In this document: positions 8,999 to 19,994 of the stretch, piece by piece
Position numbering within the stretch: the stretch's first letter is position 1
Layout: every line of letters starts with the position of its first letter
Assembly (NCBI GenBank): GCA_041303575.1
Contig: JBFYOY010000037.1
Location: 10,711-74,710 of the forward strand
Source: Actinomycetes bacterium
Lineage (GTDB): Bacteria > Actinomycetota > Actinomycetes > Nanopelagicales > Nanopelagicaceae
DNA length: 64,000 nt
Direction of reading: 5' to 3'
The notes under the pieces: model-generated
Database searches by the model: none
Told to the model about the DNA's origin: nothing
Seen by the model: only the letters and a program-made list of their open reading frames with translations
Made by a program: the position numbers and the translations under genes

Positions 8999-9499
8999 GT
9001 GTCCCCAGAAGAGATGGAAATCGGTTACCGAGGCGCTACAGCTTGCTCGGCCGCTGGAATTAGCTACCGTCAATTAGATTATTGGGCACGTACAGGTTTA
9101 GTTGAGCCAAGTATTAGAACGGCAAGTGGTTCAGGAACTCAACGTCTTTATGGCTTTCGCGACATCTTGGTTTTAAAGATTGTTAAGCGTTTATTGGATG
9201 CTGGTGTTTCATTGCAAAATATTCGTACCGCTGTTGATCACCTTCGCAGCAGGGGAGTCACTGAGTTAGAGCGCATTACTTTGATGAGTGATGGCGCATC
9301 AATTTATGAGTGTGCAAGCCCTGATGAGATCATCGATTTACTGCAGGGTGGTCAAGGGGTATTTGGTATCGCCGTGGGCAAGGTATGGCATGAGGTTGAG
9401 GGATCTCTATCTGTACTTCAGGGTGAAGTAAATGGTCAGTTGATCGGCGGAGATGCAAATGATGAATTGGCGCTGCGTCGCAAGTTTAAAGGCGCGTAA
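8999..9499 (+). CDS. MerR-family regulator (Rv1830/McdR-like)
   Basis: GYRG..AC..AGISYRQLDYWARTGLV.PS, GGQGVFGIA, DELALRR. Confidence 0.88.
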   Translation: MSPEEMEIGYRGATACSAAGISYRQLDYWARTGLVEPSIRTASGSGTQRLYGFRDILVLKIVKRLLDAGVSLQNIRTAVDHLRSRGVTELERITLMSDGASIYECASPDEIIDLLQGGQGVFGIAVGKVWHEVEGSLSVLQGEVNGQLIGGDANDELALRRKFKGA

Positions 9500-9564
9500 T
9501 TACAGCCTTGTAAGTATCATTTGTGCCTTGTAGTAGTTGCTACTAACTATCGTCAGGGGTTGAC

Positions 9565-12408
9565 TTGTCTCGTTCATTTGAGGATCGTCACATCGGTCCT
9601 ACCTCAGTTGATGAAGCAGCGATGCTTTCAGCGCTTGGTTACTCAGATCTGCACACCTTCATCGCCGATGTAGTTCCATCTAACATCGCAATCAATGGTG
9701 TTATCGAAAAAGCTTTGGATTCTGGCAAGAGTGAGGTTGAGGTAATTGCTGAGCTTAGAGAAATAGCATCTGAGAATAAGGTTTTTCGTTCACTGATCGG
9801 TACCGGCTACTACGGAACGGTTGTTCCTCCAGTCATCAAGAGAAATGTTTTAGAAAATCCATCCTGGTACACCGCCTACACGCCATATCAACCAGAAATT
9901 TCACAGGGTCGACTTGAAGCCCTCTTTGCCTTCCAAACCATGGTGTGTGAGTTAACCGCATTAGATATTTCTAACGCTTCAATGTTGGATGAAGGAACGG
10001 CTGCAGCAGAGGCTATGACTTTAGCCCGCAGAGCTTCAAAGCTCAGTGATGATGCTGTTTTTCTCATTGAAGAGCATGTGCATCCGCAGACAAAAGCGGT
10101 TGTGATCACACGTGCAAAGCCGCTAGGAATCACCGTTGTTGAAGTTGATTCAGGTCACGTTGTGCGTGATGGATACGAGGGTGAATTCTTTGGTGCGCTC
10201 TTGCAGTATCCGGATACAACAGGGACAGTTATTGATTACTCCTCCTTTGCAGAGTTTGCACATTCTCGTGATGCGTTAGTAATTGCTGCAACAGATCTAC
10301 TAGCGTTAACTTTGTTAAAGGCGCCAGGGGAGTGGGGCGCAGATATCGCCGTTGGCACCGCCCAACGTTTTGGCGTACCTATGGGATTTGGTGGACCACA
10401 TGCTGGTTTCTTAGCTGTGCGCAGTGGGCTTGAAAGGTCAATGCCGGGCAGATTAGTTGGCCAAAGTATTGATACAACAGGTAAACCTGCTTTTCGTTTA
10501 GCGCTACAAACACGTGAACAACACATTCGTCGTGACAAGGCGACATCAAATATTTGTACCGCACAGGTTCTGTTGGCAAACATGAGCGCTTTCTACGCCA
10601 TGTGGCATGGACCTGCAGGTCTTCGCGAGATCGCACAACGTGTACATAACTTTGCTGCACGTTTGCATGCCGCATCTGGAAATCGTGAGGATGTTGTTTT
10701 CGACACGGTTCATATCGTTGTAAAGGATGCCGAAGCAATTCATAAAAAGGCAGCTGCAGCCGGAATCAACTTTGCACGAGTGTCAGAGACTGAAATACGT
10801 GTGGCATTTGATGAAGAGACCACTGAAGAGCTTTTTCAGCAGGTGTTACAGATCCTAGGTCTCAAGGATGTAGAAGGGGAGCAGATCCCTGCAAAGCTTG
10901 CACGCACCAGTAAGTTCCTAACCCATCCTGTTTTTAACACTAACCACAGCGAGACCGGCATGATGCGTTACCTGCGCAACCTTGCCGACAAGGATTTAGC
11001 TTTAGACCGAACAATGATTCCTCTAGGTTCCTGCACCATGAAACTCAATTCAGTAACTGAGATGGAAGCGGTTACTTGGCCAGAGTTTGCTTCTCTTCAC
11101 CCATTTGCTCCGATTGATCAAACAGCTGGTTCTCGCAAGCTGATTAAGCAGTTATCTGATTGGTTGGTTGCCATCACTGGCTATGACGCGGTTTCTCTGC
11201 AACCTAACGCTGGTAGTCAAGGGGAGTTCGCTGGACTTCTTGCGATTCGTAATTACCATGATTCACGTGGCGATCATTCCCGCAACATCTGCTTGATCCC
11301 ATCTAGTGCGCATGGAACCAACGCTGCATCTGCGGTGATGGCTGGCATGAAGGTAGTTGTAATTGATTGTGATGAGAACGGAAATGTCTCTGTTGATGAT
11401 GTGAAGGCCAAGATCGCAGAGCATGGCGCTGCACTGGCTGCTTTGATGATTACCTATCCTTCGACACATGGCGTCTTTGAGACAGCGGTTTCAGATATCT
11501 GCGAGTTGATTCATAATGCAGGTGGACAGGTTTATGTTGATGGCGCTAATTTGAACGCTTTGGTGGGAGTTTCTCAGCCTGGAAAATTTGGCGCCGATGT
11601 CTCGCACTTGAACTTACATAAAACCTTCGCGATTCCTCATGGTGGAGGAGGACCTGGCGTTGGTCCCGTTATCGCACGAGCACATCTAGCACCTTTCTTA
11701 CCAAACCATCCAATGGATCAATTAGCTGGTCCTGCAACCGGTCCTGGGCCAATATCTGCTGCACCATATGGATCGGCAAGTATCTTGCCGATCTCTTGGG
11801 CCTACATTCGTTTGCTGGGGGGAGCAGGGTTAACCCATGCAACTCAGGTTGCGATTCTTTCTGCAAATTACATCGCGTTAAAGCTGCAGGATGCTTATCC
11901 AGTTTTGTATACCGGTGCTAATGGTCGAGTAGCTCATGAATGCATCCTGGATATTCGCGGAATTACCAAGGATTCAGGTGTAACTGTTGATGATATTGCC
12001 AAGAGATTGATGGATTACGGTTTCCATGCACCAACAATGTCCTTCCCAGTTGCTGGAACATTAATGATTGAACCAACTGAATCGGAAGATATATCTGAAA
12101 TTCACCGCTTTATTGATGCGATGATTTTAATTAGAGCTGAAATTCAGGAGATTATTGAAGGGAAGATAAGCGTTGAGGCCAGCGCCCTTCGCCACGCACC
12201 TCACACAGCTCTATCTGTGGTTAATAGCGATTGGGAGAGGCAGTACAGCCGCGAAAAGGGTGGATATCCAGTTGCGCTAGATGGTCTAGTGGCTGGCGAA
12301 TCCATTGGTTCTCGAATGAAGTACTGGCCACCGGTTTCACGTATTGATGGCGCTCATGGAGATAGAAATCTTGTCTGTGCCTGTACACCGCTAGATGAGT
12401 ACCGCTAA
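9565..12408 (+). CDS. gcvP: Glycine dehydrogenase (decarboxylating), single-chain
   Basis: [36 protein letters not shown]-lysine [16 protein letters not shown]. Confidence 0.97.
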   Translation: MSRSFEDRHIGPTSVDEAAMLSALGYSDLHTFIADVVPSNIAINGVIEKALDSGKSEVEVIAELREIASENKVFRSLIGTGYYGTVVPPVIKRNVLENPSWYTAYTPYQPEISQGRLEALFAFQTMVCELTALDISNASMLDEGTAAAEAMTLARRASKLSDDAVFLIEEHVHPQTKAVVITRAKPLGITVVEVDSGHVVRDGYEGEFFGALLQYPDTTGTVIDYSSFAEFAHSRDALVIAATDLLALTLLKAPGEWGADIAVGTAQRFGVPMGFGGPHAGFLAVRSGLERSMPGRLVGQSIDTTGKPAFRLALQTREQHIRRDKATSNICTAQVLLANMSAFYAMWHGPAGLREIAQRVHNFAARLHAASGNREDVVFDTVHIVVKDAEAIHKKAAAAGINFARVSETEIRVAFDEETTEELFQQVLQILGLKDVEGEQIPAKLARTSKFLTHPVFNTNHSETGMMRYLRNLADKDLALDRTMIPLGSCTMKLNSVTEMEAVTWPEFASLHPFAPIDQTAGSRKLIKQLSDWLVAITGYDAVSLQPNAGSQGEFAGLLAIRNYHDSRGDHSRNICLIPSSAHGTNAASAVMAGMKVVVIDCDENGNVSVDDVKAKIAEHGAALAALMITYPSTHGVFETAVSDICELIHNAGGQVYVDGANLNALVGVSQPGKFGADVSHLNLHKTFAIPHGGGGPGVGPVIARAHLAPFLPNHPMDQLAGPATGPGPISAAPYGSASILPISWAYIRLLGGAGLTHATQVAILSANYIALKLQDAYPVLYTGANGRVAHECILDIRGITKDSGVTVDDIAKRLMDYGFHAPTMSFPVAGTLMIEPTESEDISEIHRFIDAMILIRAEIQEIIEGKISVEASALRHAPHTALSVVNSDWERQYSREKGGYPVALDGLVAGESIGSRMKYWPPVSRIDGAHGDRNLVCACTPLDEYR

Positions 12409-12422
12409 AGGGGTTTGGCGAT

Positions 12423-12465
12423 AGGAGGGAGCTGCCTCTAAAGCAGAGTTCGCCTCTCCTTTCTT
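12423..12465. terminator. Imperfect hairpin between convergent gcvP and lnt; possible terminator
   Basis: AGGAG...CTCCT outer and CTGC/GCAG inner pairing, followed by TTCTT; irregular stem. Confidence 0.35.
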
Positions 12466-12493
12466 ACTTTACATAATGTAACTTATCGGCGTT
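12466..12493 (-). other. dif: dif site (XerC/XerD chromosome dimer resolution)
   Basis: Minus strand reads AACGCCGATAA-GTTACA-TTATGTAAAGT: 11-6-11 layout, actinobacterial CGCCGATAA XerC arm and TTATGT XerD arm; lies at the gene-orientation switch. Confidence 0.9.
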
Positions 12494-13856
12494 ATACATA
12501 GGCTCGTCGGGCAATGAACAAGAGGCTGATTAGTACGCCCACCAACGCCCAGTCGCCTGCTTTATCCCGTGGTGTTTGACCCTCAATTAATGCAACTTCA
12601 GCACGAATTGTTTCAGCTGCACCCATAGATGTTTTTTGAACAACTTTTCCTGTGTCGTCGATAATCGCCGAATAACCAGTTGTTGAAACCGAAGCGATAT
12701 TTCGACCATGTTCGATCGCTCTAATCCTTGTTATCGACAATTGCTGGGCACTTTCTGCCGACATTCCAAAGGTTGCACTGTTGGTCTGTACGGCTAGCAA
12801 GTTTGAATCTTTGGCAGCTAGATGAAGAAGTTGATCATCTACTAATTCAAAGCAAATTACTGGTGCAATGGTTGCATGCTTGACCTGGAAAAAGATGTGA
12901 CCTTGGCCAGGTGAAAAATCGGCAACTCTGTCAGTGTACGGCGAAATTATCGATGCCAATGAACGCAAAGGAATGTACTCGCCAAATGGTGTTAGGTGCT
13001 GTTTTATGTAGATCGGCGGAAGATCTCCGCCCCACAAAATAGAGGTATTGAGAAGGTTGTTCGCCTTATTAACAATCGCTCCCAGAATCAAGGGCTTTTC
13101 AATTGAATCAAGTGAGCGCTTTACATCTTGATTCAAAAATGGATCTACATCGACCGAGTTTTCCGGCCACAAAATAAAATCGACATTTGAATCCTTTTGT
13201 AACTCACTTTTAGTTCTGTCAAAATGGTTGTAGAAGACCGCCTTAGCGCGAGAGTTAAAATCTAAACCTAGTTGCGGAACATTTCCTTGGATCATCATGA
13301 CATTGGATGCACCAATTGTTGTCAGATTGATGGGCACCAGTAAGAGTAAAAATGGTAACAACATTCCAAAGGAGTATCTGCGCTTACATCCATAGAAGAT
13401 AATTAAAGCGATCAATACAGTTAGTCCCGACAGCGCCGATGCCCCACCTATCGCTGCCATCTTTGCGTATGGTGCATCAGCTTGAGTGTAGGCAAGACGC
13501 ACCCATCCAAATCCCCCAAATGGAAAACGGTTTCGCACCTCTTCCATGACTATGTAAATAAGCGGATAAGCGGATAATCCCCAACGAGTAACCAAAGCCA
13601 AAGGTAGATAGAAAATCGACATTCCAATGGCCAAAATGATCCAAGGAATAGAGCCAACAAAGGTGCTGCTCCAATGCAGCACGATGAGATTCAAAGTGAC
13701 CGCAAAAACAAATACTGACAATACTTTTTTCGATGAGATGGAAAGAGCGTAGATGTGCCCTGCTAAAGCAATTGGCGCTACCCACCACTTCCCCACCGGT
13801 TCAAAGGCAGCCGAAAGAAGAGCCCCTGAAAGAGTGGATATTAAGAGCGCTACCAA
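12492..13856 (-). CDS. lnt: Apolipoprotein N-acyltransferase
   Basis: Transmembrane N-terminus, FPFGGFGW, nitrilase triad WPENS / KQHLTPFGEY / ICFE. Confidence 0.92.
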   Translation of the reverse strand: MVALLISTLSGALLSAAFEPVGKWWVAPIALAGHIYALSISSKKVLSVFVFAVTLNLIVLHWSSTFVGSIPWIILAIGMSIFYLPLALVTRWGLSAYPLIYIVMEEVRNRFPFGGFGWVRLAYTQADAPYAKMAAIGGASALSGLTVLIALIIFYGCKRRYSFGMLLPFLLLLVPINLTTIGASNVMMIQGNVPQLGLDFNSRAKAVFYNHFDRTKSELQKDSNVDFILWPENSVDVDPFLNQDVKRSLDSIEKPLILGAIVNKANNLLNTSILWGGDLPPIYIKQHLTPFGEYIPLRSLASIISPYTDRVADFSPGQGHIFFQVKHATIAPVICFELVDDQLLHLAAKDSNLLAVQTNSATFGMSAESAQQLSITRIRAIEHGRNIASVSTTGYSAIIDDTGKVVQKTSMGAAETIRAEVALIEGQTPRDKAGDWALVGVLISLLFIARRAYV

Positions 13857-14752
13857 CCCAAAGCACTGATCAAACGATCAACGCTCGCACCCAACGCGTA
13901 ACGCTCCTTGAATTGATAGATCGCTGAAAGATCTGATGGTGTATTTGGCAGAGATAGATCTACCTTGGGCAAAGGTGCATCTCTTGCAACACGTACCAAT
14001 TTAGGTGCAATCTTCAGGTAATCAGCTCCAGCAATAATCTTCTTGGCAAGTGCAGGAGGTAGCGATGCATGACCTTCAAGTGCTGCAGCTAATGCATCTT
14101 CGACGGTTGCAAAATTATTGGCAATGACCGCAGCGCCCTTTTCGCCTATTCCCTTGACCCCTGGCAATCCATCGGATGGATCACCACGAAACATTGCAAA
14201 GAGGTCATATCTTTCACCTGGGATCAAATACTTATCAGCAACATACTTAATATCTACCAAATCATGCTGGGAAATACCTTTGGCGAGATAAACAACTTTG
14301 ATATCGCGTTTATCATCAACCATCTGAAAGAGATCACGATCACCGGTAACAATGCGAATTGGACCTTTTTCTAACTCCGCATAGGTTGCCATCACATCAT
14401 CGGCTTCATAATCATCAACACCAACAACAGGAATACCAAAAAGATCAAGCAAATCCAGAAGAATAGGAATTTGTGGAGTTAATGTTTCAGGCTCTTCCTC
14501 CTCCTCCCCTTCCTCTTCTAAACGATTAGCCTTGTAATCTGGAAAAATATCTACTCGCCAACTTGGTCGCCAATCTCCATCCAGACATGCAACCAAGCGA
14601 TCTGGTTTATACACATTCATTAATCGCGCCGTCATGTCTACATAGCCACGGATTGCATTAACCGAAGTTCCATCCGGAGCCAACAAGGTATCTGGCATTC
14701 CATAATATGCGCGGTACCAAAGAGATGCGCTATCCAAAAGCATTAAGGTCAT
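13850..14752 (-). CDS. Stand-alone 5'-3' exonuclease / flap endonuclease (Rv2090-like)
   Basis: LLDSASLWYRAY, YKANR, EADDV, VTGDRD, GDPSDGLPGVKGIGEK. Confidence 0.92.
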   Translation of the reverse strand: MTLMLLDSASLWYRAYYGMPDTLLAPDGTSVNAIRGYVDMTARLMNVYKPDRLVACLDGDWRPSWRVDIFPDYKANRLEEEGEEEEEPETLTPQIPILLDLLDLFGIPVVGVDDYEADDVMATYAELEKGPIRIVTGDRDLFQMVDDKRDIKVVYLAKGISQHDLVDIKYVADKYLIPGERYDLFAMFRGDPSDGLPGVKGIGEKGAAVIANNFATVEDALAAALEGHASLPPALAKKIIAGADYLKIAPKLVRVARDAPLPKVDLSLPNTPSDLSAIYQFKERYALGASVDRLISALGW

Positions 14753-17124
14753 ACATCCCCCATTAGATAGGCAACTACTCCACGATCAATTCGCTTGACC
14801 GCATCTTTGCAGACTGGACGCAGTTTTTCACTCGCTCCCGCTATTTGATTCAAAAGATCAACCAACTGCTTAGTAGACCTTACAAAATCTCCTACTGACA
14901 TATCGCTTCCCTTAAGAACACTATTCAAGGAGTTTCCGCTGGCCCATTTGTAAGAGATAAAGCAAAACCCGGCATCGGGTTCACGTTGGGTTTTTACCCC
15001 GAAGTCATTTTCAATCTTCTCTAAAGCTGCCCACAAGGAAATGATTTCAGTCAGCGTCGAGGTCACCTTTTGACTTGGCAGTTTTGGAGCTAAATTTTCT
15101 TGTGATCGCGATTCAAAGATCATGCAGGAAACCACAGAAAGTAGTTCAGTTGCATTGAGATCATCTAATAATCCTCGACGAATTGATTCGGTCAATAGTA
15201 AATCTGATTCTGCATAAATCTTGGTCAGAATCTTTCCCTGAACAGTTGGCTTCTCGCCATCGATATATTGAAGATGATCTAGCACCTGACAGATCTGATC
15301 AAAGGTCTTCGCGATGACATGGGTGCGGTTTTCGACTCGGGTAGTTAATCCATCATTTTCACGTGTAAGGCGTCCTGCTCTTTCAGCAAGACGTGCGTGA
15401 TCCTCACGTTCGGCGCAACCATGACAGGAATGTGATTTCATGCTCTTACGAAGATCAGAAAGCTCGCCTTCTAAATGTCCCCGTTGTCTATTGTCAAAGG
15501 TTTTTCTTTGATCACGACGGCTGAGCAAGACCTCAACCTCTTTAATGGATCGACGAAGGCGCGCATACTCGGCGAAATCTCCCAAGTGGCATTGGGCATC
15601 CTTCATCAACTCTTCTATGGCAGCCTCATTTTTTCTGATCTGACGAGTCAGGCCAACTACAGCCCGGTCAGCTTGGAACTGCGCAAAGGATGATTCGAGT
15701 GATCGACGTGCAGTCTCGCGGCCGAAACGTGAAATCAGATTTATTGCCATGTTGTATGTGGGAGAAAAAGATGAACGCAAAGGATATGTACGTGTTGAAG
15801 CTAATCCTGCCGCCGATGCTGAATCAACTGTTGGTGACCATTGGATCACCGCATTTCCTTCGATATCGATTCCTCTGCGACCGGCTCGTCCGGTTAACTG
15901 GGTGTACTCCCCCGGAGTAATTGGCACATGAGCTTCACCGTTGTACTTGATTAACTTCTCTAACACCACAGTGCGAGCTGGCATGTTGATACCAAGTGCA
16001 AGAGTCTCAGTTGCAAAGACCGCCTTAACTAAGCCGCGTTGAAAGAGATCTTCAACCGCACCTTTAAAGCTAGGCAGCAGTCCTGCATGGTGTGCGGCGA
16101 TTCCCCGCTCTAGGGCGGTTAACCACTCCTCGAAGCCAAGAACCTCAAGATCCTCTTCGGCGATGTTTTGGGTGTATCGCAGCGCGGTCTGGCGAATCTC
16201 GACCCGCTCTTCCGGAGAGGTTAATCGAAGTCCCGCATGTAAGCACTGCTTGACCGCTGCATCGCATCCAACTCTTGAAAAAATAAAGGTAATTGCAGGC
16301 AGAAGGCTTTCACGCTGAAGTTTTTCTATAATGTCAGATCTGCTCATTCGATCGGAAGGTTCAGTAAAGCGTCCTCGACGATTGCGACCCAAGGCGGAGC
16401 GACGGATCGCTTCTCGCTCACGCTGCAAAATCTCTGGATTGATTTTTCCGGGTTGTTCAAATAAATCCATCAGTCGGTTGCCGATCAATACATGTTGGAA
16501 CAACGGTATCGGTCGAATTTCGCTGACGATAACCTCAGTATCTCCGCGAACCTCGCCCAGCCATTCACCAAACTCCTCTGCATTGGAAACCGTTGCAGAA
16601 AGGGATATGACCTGCACACTCTCCATCAGATGAATGAGGACCTCTTCCCATACTGCGCCACGGAACTTATCGGCTAGGTAATGAACCTCATCCATCACCA
16701 CGCAACCCAAGTTGGTTAAGGTGTTGGAACCTGCATACAACATGTTACGAAGAACCTCTGTTGTCATAACCAGAATGTCAGCCTCGCCATTAATGCTGGT
16801 ATCGCCAGTCAATAGACCAACACGTTCCTCGCCAAACTTTGCTACAAACTCGGAGTACTTTTGATTCGATAAAGCTTTAATTGGTGTTGTGTAGAAACAC
16901 TTTTTCCCCGCCTGTAACGCGAAGTAAGCGGCAAACTCTCCAACAACAGTTTTTCCTGCACCTGTTGGCGCTGCTACCAAGACGCCCTTGCCATCTTCTA
17001 CGGCATGACATGCAGTTATTTGAAATGGATCAAACTCAAAATCAAAGGTTAGGAGAAACTCTGTTGTAACGGGATGTTGTCCTCGAAGTTTTGCCGCAGC
17101 GTACCGTTCTGCTGGAGTACTCAT
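14749..17124 (-). CDS. helY: Ski2-like DEAD/DEAH RNA helicase HelY
   Basis: APTGAGKT, DEVH, SAT, ATETLALGINMPA, GRAGRRG; start 17124 gives an ATGA overlap with the upstream gene. Confidence 0.92.
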   Translation of the reverse strand: MSTPAERYAAAKLRGQHPVTTEFLLTFDFEFDPFQITACHAVEDGKGVLVAAPTGAGKTVVGEFAAYFALQAGKKCFYTTPIKALSNQKYSEFVAKFGEERVGLLTGDTSINGEADILVMTTEVLRNMLYAGSNTLTNLGCVVMDEVHYLADKFRGAVWEEVLIHLMESVQVISLSATVSNAEEFGEWLGEVRGDTEVIVSEIRPIPLFQHVLIGNRLMDLFEQPGKINPEILQREREAIRRSALGRNRRGRFTEPSDRMSRSDIIEKLQRESLLPAITFIFSRVGCDAAVKQCLHAGLRLTSPEERVEIRQTALRYTQNIAEEDLEVLGFEEWLTALERGIAAHHAGLLPSFKGAVEDLFQRGLVKAVFATETLALGINMPARTVVLEKLIKYNGEAHVPITPGEYTQLTGRAGRRGIDIEGNAVIQWSPTVDSASAAGLASTRTYPLRSSFSPTYNMAINLISRFGRETARRSLESSFAQFQADRAVVGLTRQIRKNEAAIEELMKDAQCHLGDFAEYARLRRSIKEVEVLLSRRDQRKTFDNRQRGHLEGELSDLRKSMKSHSCHGCAEREDHARLAERAGRLTRENDGLTTRVENRTHVIAKTFDQICQVLDHLQYIDGEKPTVQGKILTKIYAESDLLLTESIRRGLLDDLNATELLSVVSCMIFESRSQENLAPKLPSQKVTSTLTEIISLWAALEKIENDFGVKTQREPDAGFCFISYKWASGNSLNSVLKGSDMSVGDFVRSTKQLVDLLNQIAGASEKLRPVCKDAVKRIDRGVVAYLMGDV

Positions 17125-17990
17125 GCGACCCAACTCCTTAGCGCTCCGCGAATGCACTCAGCTGATATTGGCAACTGTCCTATGCGTTCGCCATCTGCGT
17201 AAGCAATAGCTTTCGATTCAATTCGCACAGTTCGGCTTCTGAGAACCTCGACCGCCGGATGCGAAAGATGTGTTCCGGCAAAGACCCGCGGAAACACTTT
17301 AAGGAACTCAACTTTTGAGACTGGACGCAGGATCATCACATCAAATAATCCATCGGAGATGTTTGCATCTGGACAAACCAACATTCCACCACCATATGAA
17401 CGTCCATTTGATACTGCGATTAACATTGCATCCGTTGAAATACTTTGGTCATCCAAGAAGATCTCATAATGGCGCGGCTTAAACCGTGGAAGCTCGATCG
17501 CGATCGCGGCGTTGTACTTCATGGGACCCTTGGGCCAATTCAAAGTGTTGGCCTTTTCGTTAACAACTGAGTCAAAACCGGTCGAAAGAATCGCACCGAA
17601 CCATTCACCATCGACGAGTCCCAGATCAATAGGGGTTGGTTGTGTAGAGGTGACGAAGGATAGATGTTCATCAAAGGACTCAAGGCTCCACCCTAGAGTC
17701 CGAACAAAATCATTGCCAGTGCCTGCCGGTATTAACGCTAAGGGAACTTGAGCGGGCACAACCTTTTGTAAAACTAGGTGCAACAACCCATCTCCCCCAA
17801 CGGCAATTACTCCATCACAATCGGAGCTCTTTTCGAGAAAGTTACCAAGTTGATCGGCAAGTGAGTTTGAGGATTGTCCTGTAATTAATGCGTAAGGGAT
17901 CTTTCGCTGGGTTAACCATCCGGCAACATAAGTGCCGACCGTGGTGCCCTTACCCTGACCTGCGACAGGGTTGATTACTAAAGCCCACAT
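17121..17990 (-). CDS. Diacylglycerol kinase / YegS-family lipid kinase
   Basis: NPVAG, GGDG, PAGTGNDF, YGGGM, ADGE. Confidence 0.9.
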   Translation of the reverse strand: MWALVINPVAGQGKGTTVGTYVAGWLTQRKIPYALITGQSSNSLADQLGNFLEKSSDCDGVIAVGGDGLLHLVLQKVVPAQVPLALIPAGTGNDFVRTLGWSLESFDEHLSFVTSTQPTPIDLGLVDGEWFGAILSTGFDSVVNEKANTLNWPKGPMKYNAAIAIELPRFKPRHYEIFLDDQSISTDAMLIAVSNGRSYGGGMLVCPDANISDGLFDVMILRPVSKVEFLKVFPRVFAGTHLSHPAVEVLRSRTVRIESKAIAYADGERIGQLPISAECIRGALRSWVA

Positions 17991-18006
17991 GGGATGACCC
18001 TATCGG

Positions 18007-18822
18007 CTAATCCTTAATGGAGGTTGGTGCATCAATGGCCATGCTGCCGGTTTCGACCATTTCCTGCTTCTTATCTCTTCTACGATCGACAAAAACCGCG
18101 ATTATCCCCGCCATGAAGTAAAAGAGGATTAATGGAGCTGAAAGCAGAACCATGCTAAGCGGATCTGCTGTTGGTGACAAAGCTGCAACAAAGAAGAAGA
18201 TTGTAAAAATCCAAATTCTCCAAGGTCTCAAGATTGTTTTACCGCGAAGAAAGCCGATCAAATTGAATGTAAGAAGAAAGATTGGAAGTTCAAATGCAAG
18301 CCCAACAAAAAGGATTAATCTCAGAACAAAATCTAGATAGTCATCAAATCTAACGAGGTTACTGATTGAGTCAGGTGTGAAACCAAAGAGGGCTTTGATT
18401 GCAACTGGGAGGATTAAGTAACCCAGGGTCGCACCCATTGCAAAAAATGGAGTCGCAGAAGCTACGAAGAGAACGCTGGTTCGCTTCTCCTTTCGATGCA
18501 GCGCCGGAGCGATAAAGGCCCATAACTGGTAGAGCCAGAAAGGGGCAGAGACGATTACTCCAGTCAGTAGAGCTACCTTGATTTGTAGATCTAACGGACC
18601 TAAAACTCCGCTGATGTATAAAGCGCCGCAGCTAGCAGCACCTGCCTCTTGTGCAGCTTTTAAATCACAGACAGGGCTAGCTAAGGTAGAGATGATTGGG
18701 TTGTAGAAATACCACCCTCCACCAAAGGCTAGAAGTACAGCAATCGCAGAGCGCAGAACTCTTTGACGTAACTCTCTTAAGTGGTCGAGTAAGGGCATCC
18801 TCGCTTCGCTTGCAGATGCCAT
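18007..18822 (-). CDS. tatC: Twin-arginine translocase TatC
   Basis: MPLLDHLRELR, YQLWAFIAPAL, FELP. Confidence 0.95.
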   Translation of the reverse strand: MASASEARMPLLDHLRELRQRVLRSAIAVLLAFGGGWYFYNPIISTLASPVCDLKAAQEAGAASCGALYISGVLGPLDLQIKVALLTGVIVSAPFWLYQLWAFIAPALHRKEKRTSVLFVASATPFFAMGATLGYLILPVAIKALFGFTPDSISNLVRFDDYLDFVLRLILFVGLAFELPIFLLTFNLIGFLRGKTILRPWRIWIFTIFFFVAALSPTADPLSMVLLSAPLILFYFMAGIIAVFVDRRRDKKQEMVETGSMAIDAPTSIKD

Positions 18823-18826
18823 GAAA

Positions 18827-19009
18827 TTACTTCTCTGTTTTGCCGTCTTCTTCGATTACGACATCATCAGCCTTCATTTCCTTCATTTCACTCTTGAAGA
18901 TTCGCATGGAGCGACCAAGTGAACGGGCTGAATCTGGGAGGCGCTTAGCACCGAAAAGCACGAGGACAACGATCAAAAGAATAACGATCTCTCTTGGACC
19001 TAGATTCAT
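18827..19009 (-). CDS. tatA: Twin-arginine translocase TatA
   Basis: [24 protein letters not shown]; AAGGAG SD. Confidence 0.95.
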   Translation of the reverse strand: MNLGPREIVILLIVVLVLFGAKRLPDSARSLGRSMRIFKSEMKEMKADDVVIEEDGKTEK

Positions 19010-19076
19010 AGCATTAACTCCTTGGCTGATATTTTTCCCAACATTACACCAGTACAGCGGAAATCAATAGGCGGTT

Positions 19077-19994
19077 TCAGCCAGCTTTGTAACGATCCAG
19101 CATCGATTGGGCAAGCTCCGATATGGATTTGCGAATTTCAGGGGGTGACAGCAACTCTGCGCCCTCTCCCGAGGCGAGGATAGATCTCTCCAACCATTGC
19201 TGAGAAAAGGATTCAAATTCAAAATCAGCATCAGATTCCAACTGGGAAAGCTTAAAACGTTCGGCGAGATCTCTGCTTGGAGTTAAAACCTTGATTCTCG
19301 TTTTGATGATCGCTGAGCTCTTGGACGGTGCCGAGACATCTCTAGATAAGGAGATAACTTTTGCACCTTTGATTCGGTCGGCGCGAAACTGTCTGAAATC
19401 CTCTGCGGTATAACAGTATGAACTTAAATATTGTTGACCATCTACCTCAATTAACTCCATAGGTAAGATGTTACGAGTACTTACTTCATCTCGATACAAA
19501 GAGTGATAAGTAATTTCTAAACCCGATTGCTTTTGAACCGCTTCAGAGATCGCTGCCGTAACCTGCAGATTGACCAAGGGGGCGGCGGACAAAGCAGATG
19601 GGAGATTTATCAATTCAGAGATCTTTGAAGCAAGAACATCGATCTTCTCAATCAAATCAATTCGATCTGACTCGATTGATGAGCGCAAAAGATCAAGTCC
19701 CAATAGCAGGGCTACTCCCTCATCGAAGTTGATCGAGCGAGGCTTAGATAAAGTATCTGCGTTATTGATCGTCACATATCCAGTTTCAAAATCAAGATCC
19801 ATTAACTCAAGTGGTGTATAGCCAGGCAAGCCACACATCCATAAAGTGGTCAGATCGTTAACCATTTGCGATTCAGAGACTCCAAAGACGGAGGAAAGCT
19901 CCTTCAGGGAGATGCCTTGATGTGAATTGATGTAGGGAACAAGATCCAAAAGTCGTGCAGTTCGCTCGAGTGGCGCAGAGAACTTCTTAACCAT
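19077..19994 (-). CDS. pafC: HTH-WYL transcription factor PafC
   Basis: RLLDLVPY, LWMCGLPGY, FRADRI; lies between pafB and tatA. Confidence 0.88.
   Translation of the reverse strand: MVKKFSAPLERTARLLDLVPYINSHQGISLKELSSVFGVSESQMVNDLTTLWMCGLPGYTPLELMDLDFETGYVTINNADTLSKPRSINFDEGVALLLGLDLLRSSIESDRIDLIEKIDVLASKISELINLPSALSAAPLVNLQVTAAISEAVQKQSGLEITYHSLYRDEVSTRNILPMELIEVDGQQYLSSYCYTAEDFRQFRADRIKGAKVISLSRDVSAPSKSSAIIKTRIKVLTPSRDLAERFKLSQLESDADFEFESFSQQWLERSILASGEGAELLSPPEIRKSISELAQSMLDRYKAG

Noticed and set aside
14492-14519. Low-complexity pyrimidine tract
   Set aside because: It encodes the acidic EEEGEEEEE loop of the 5'-3' exonuclease and is not a separate repeat element.
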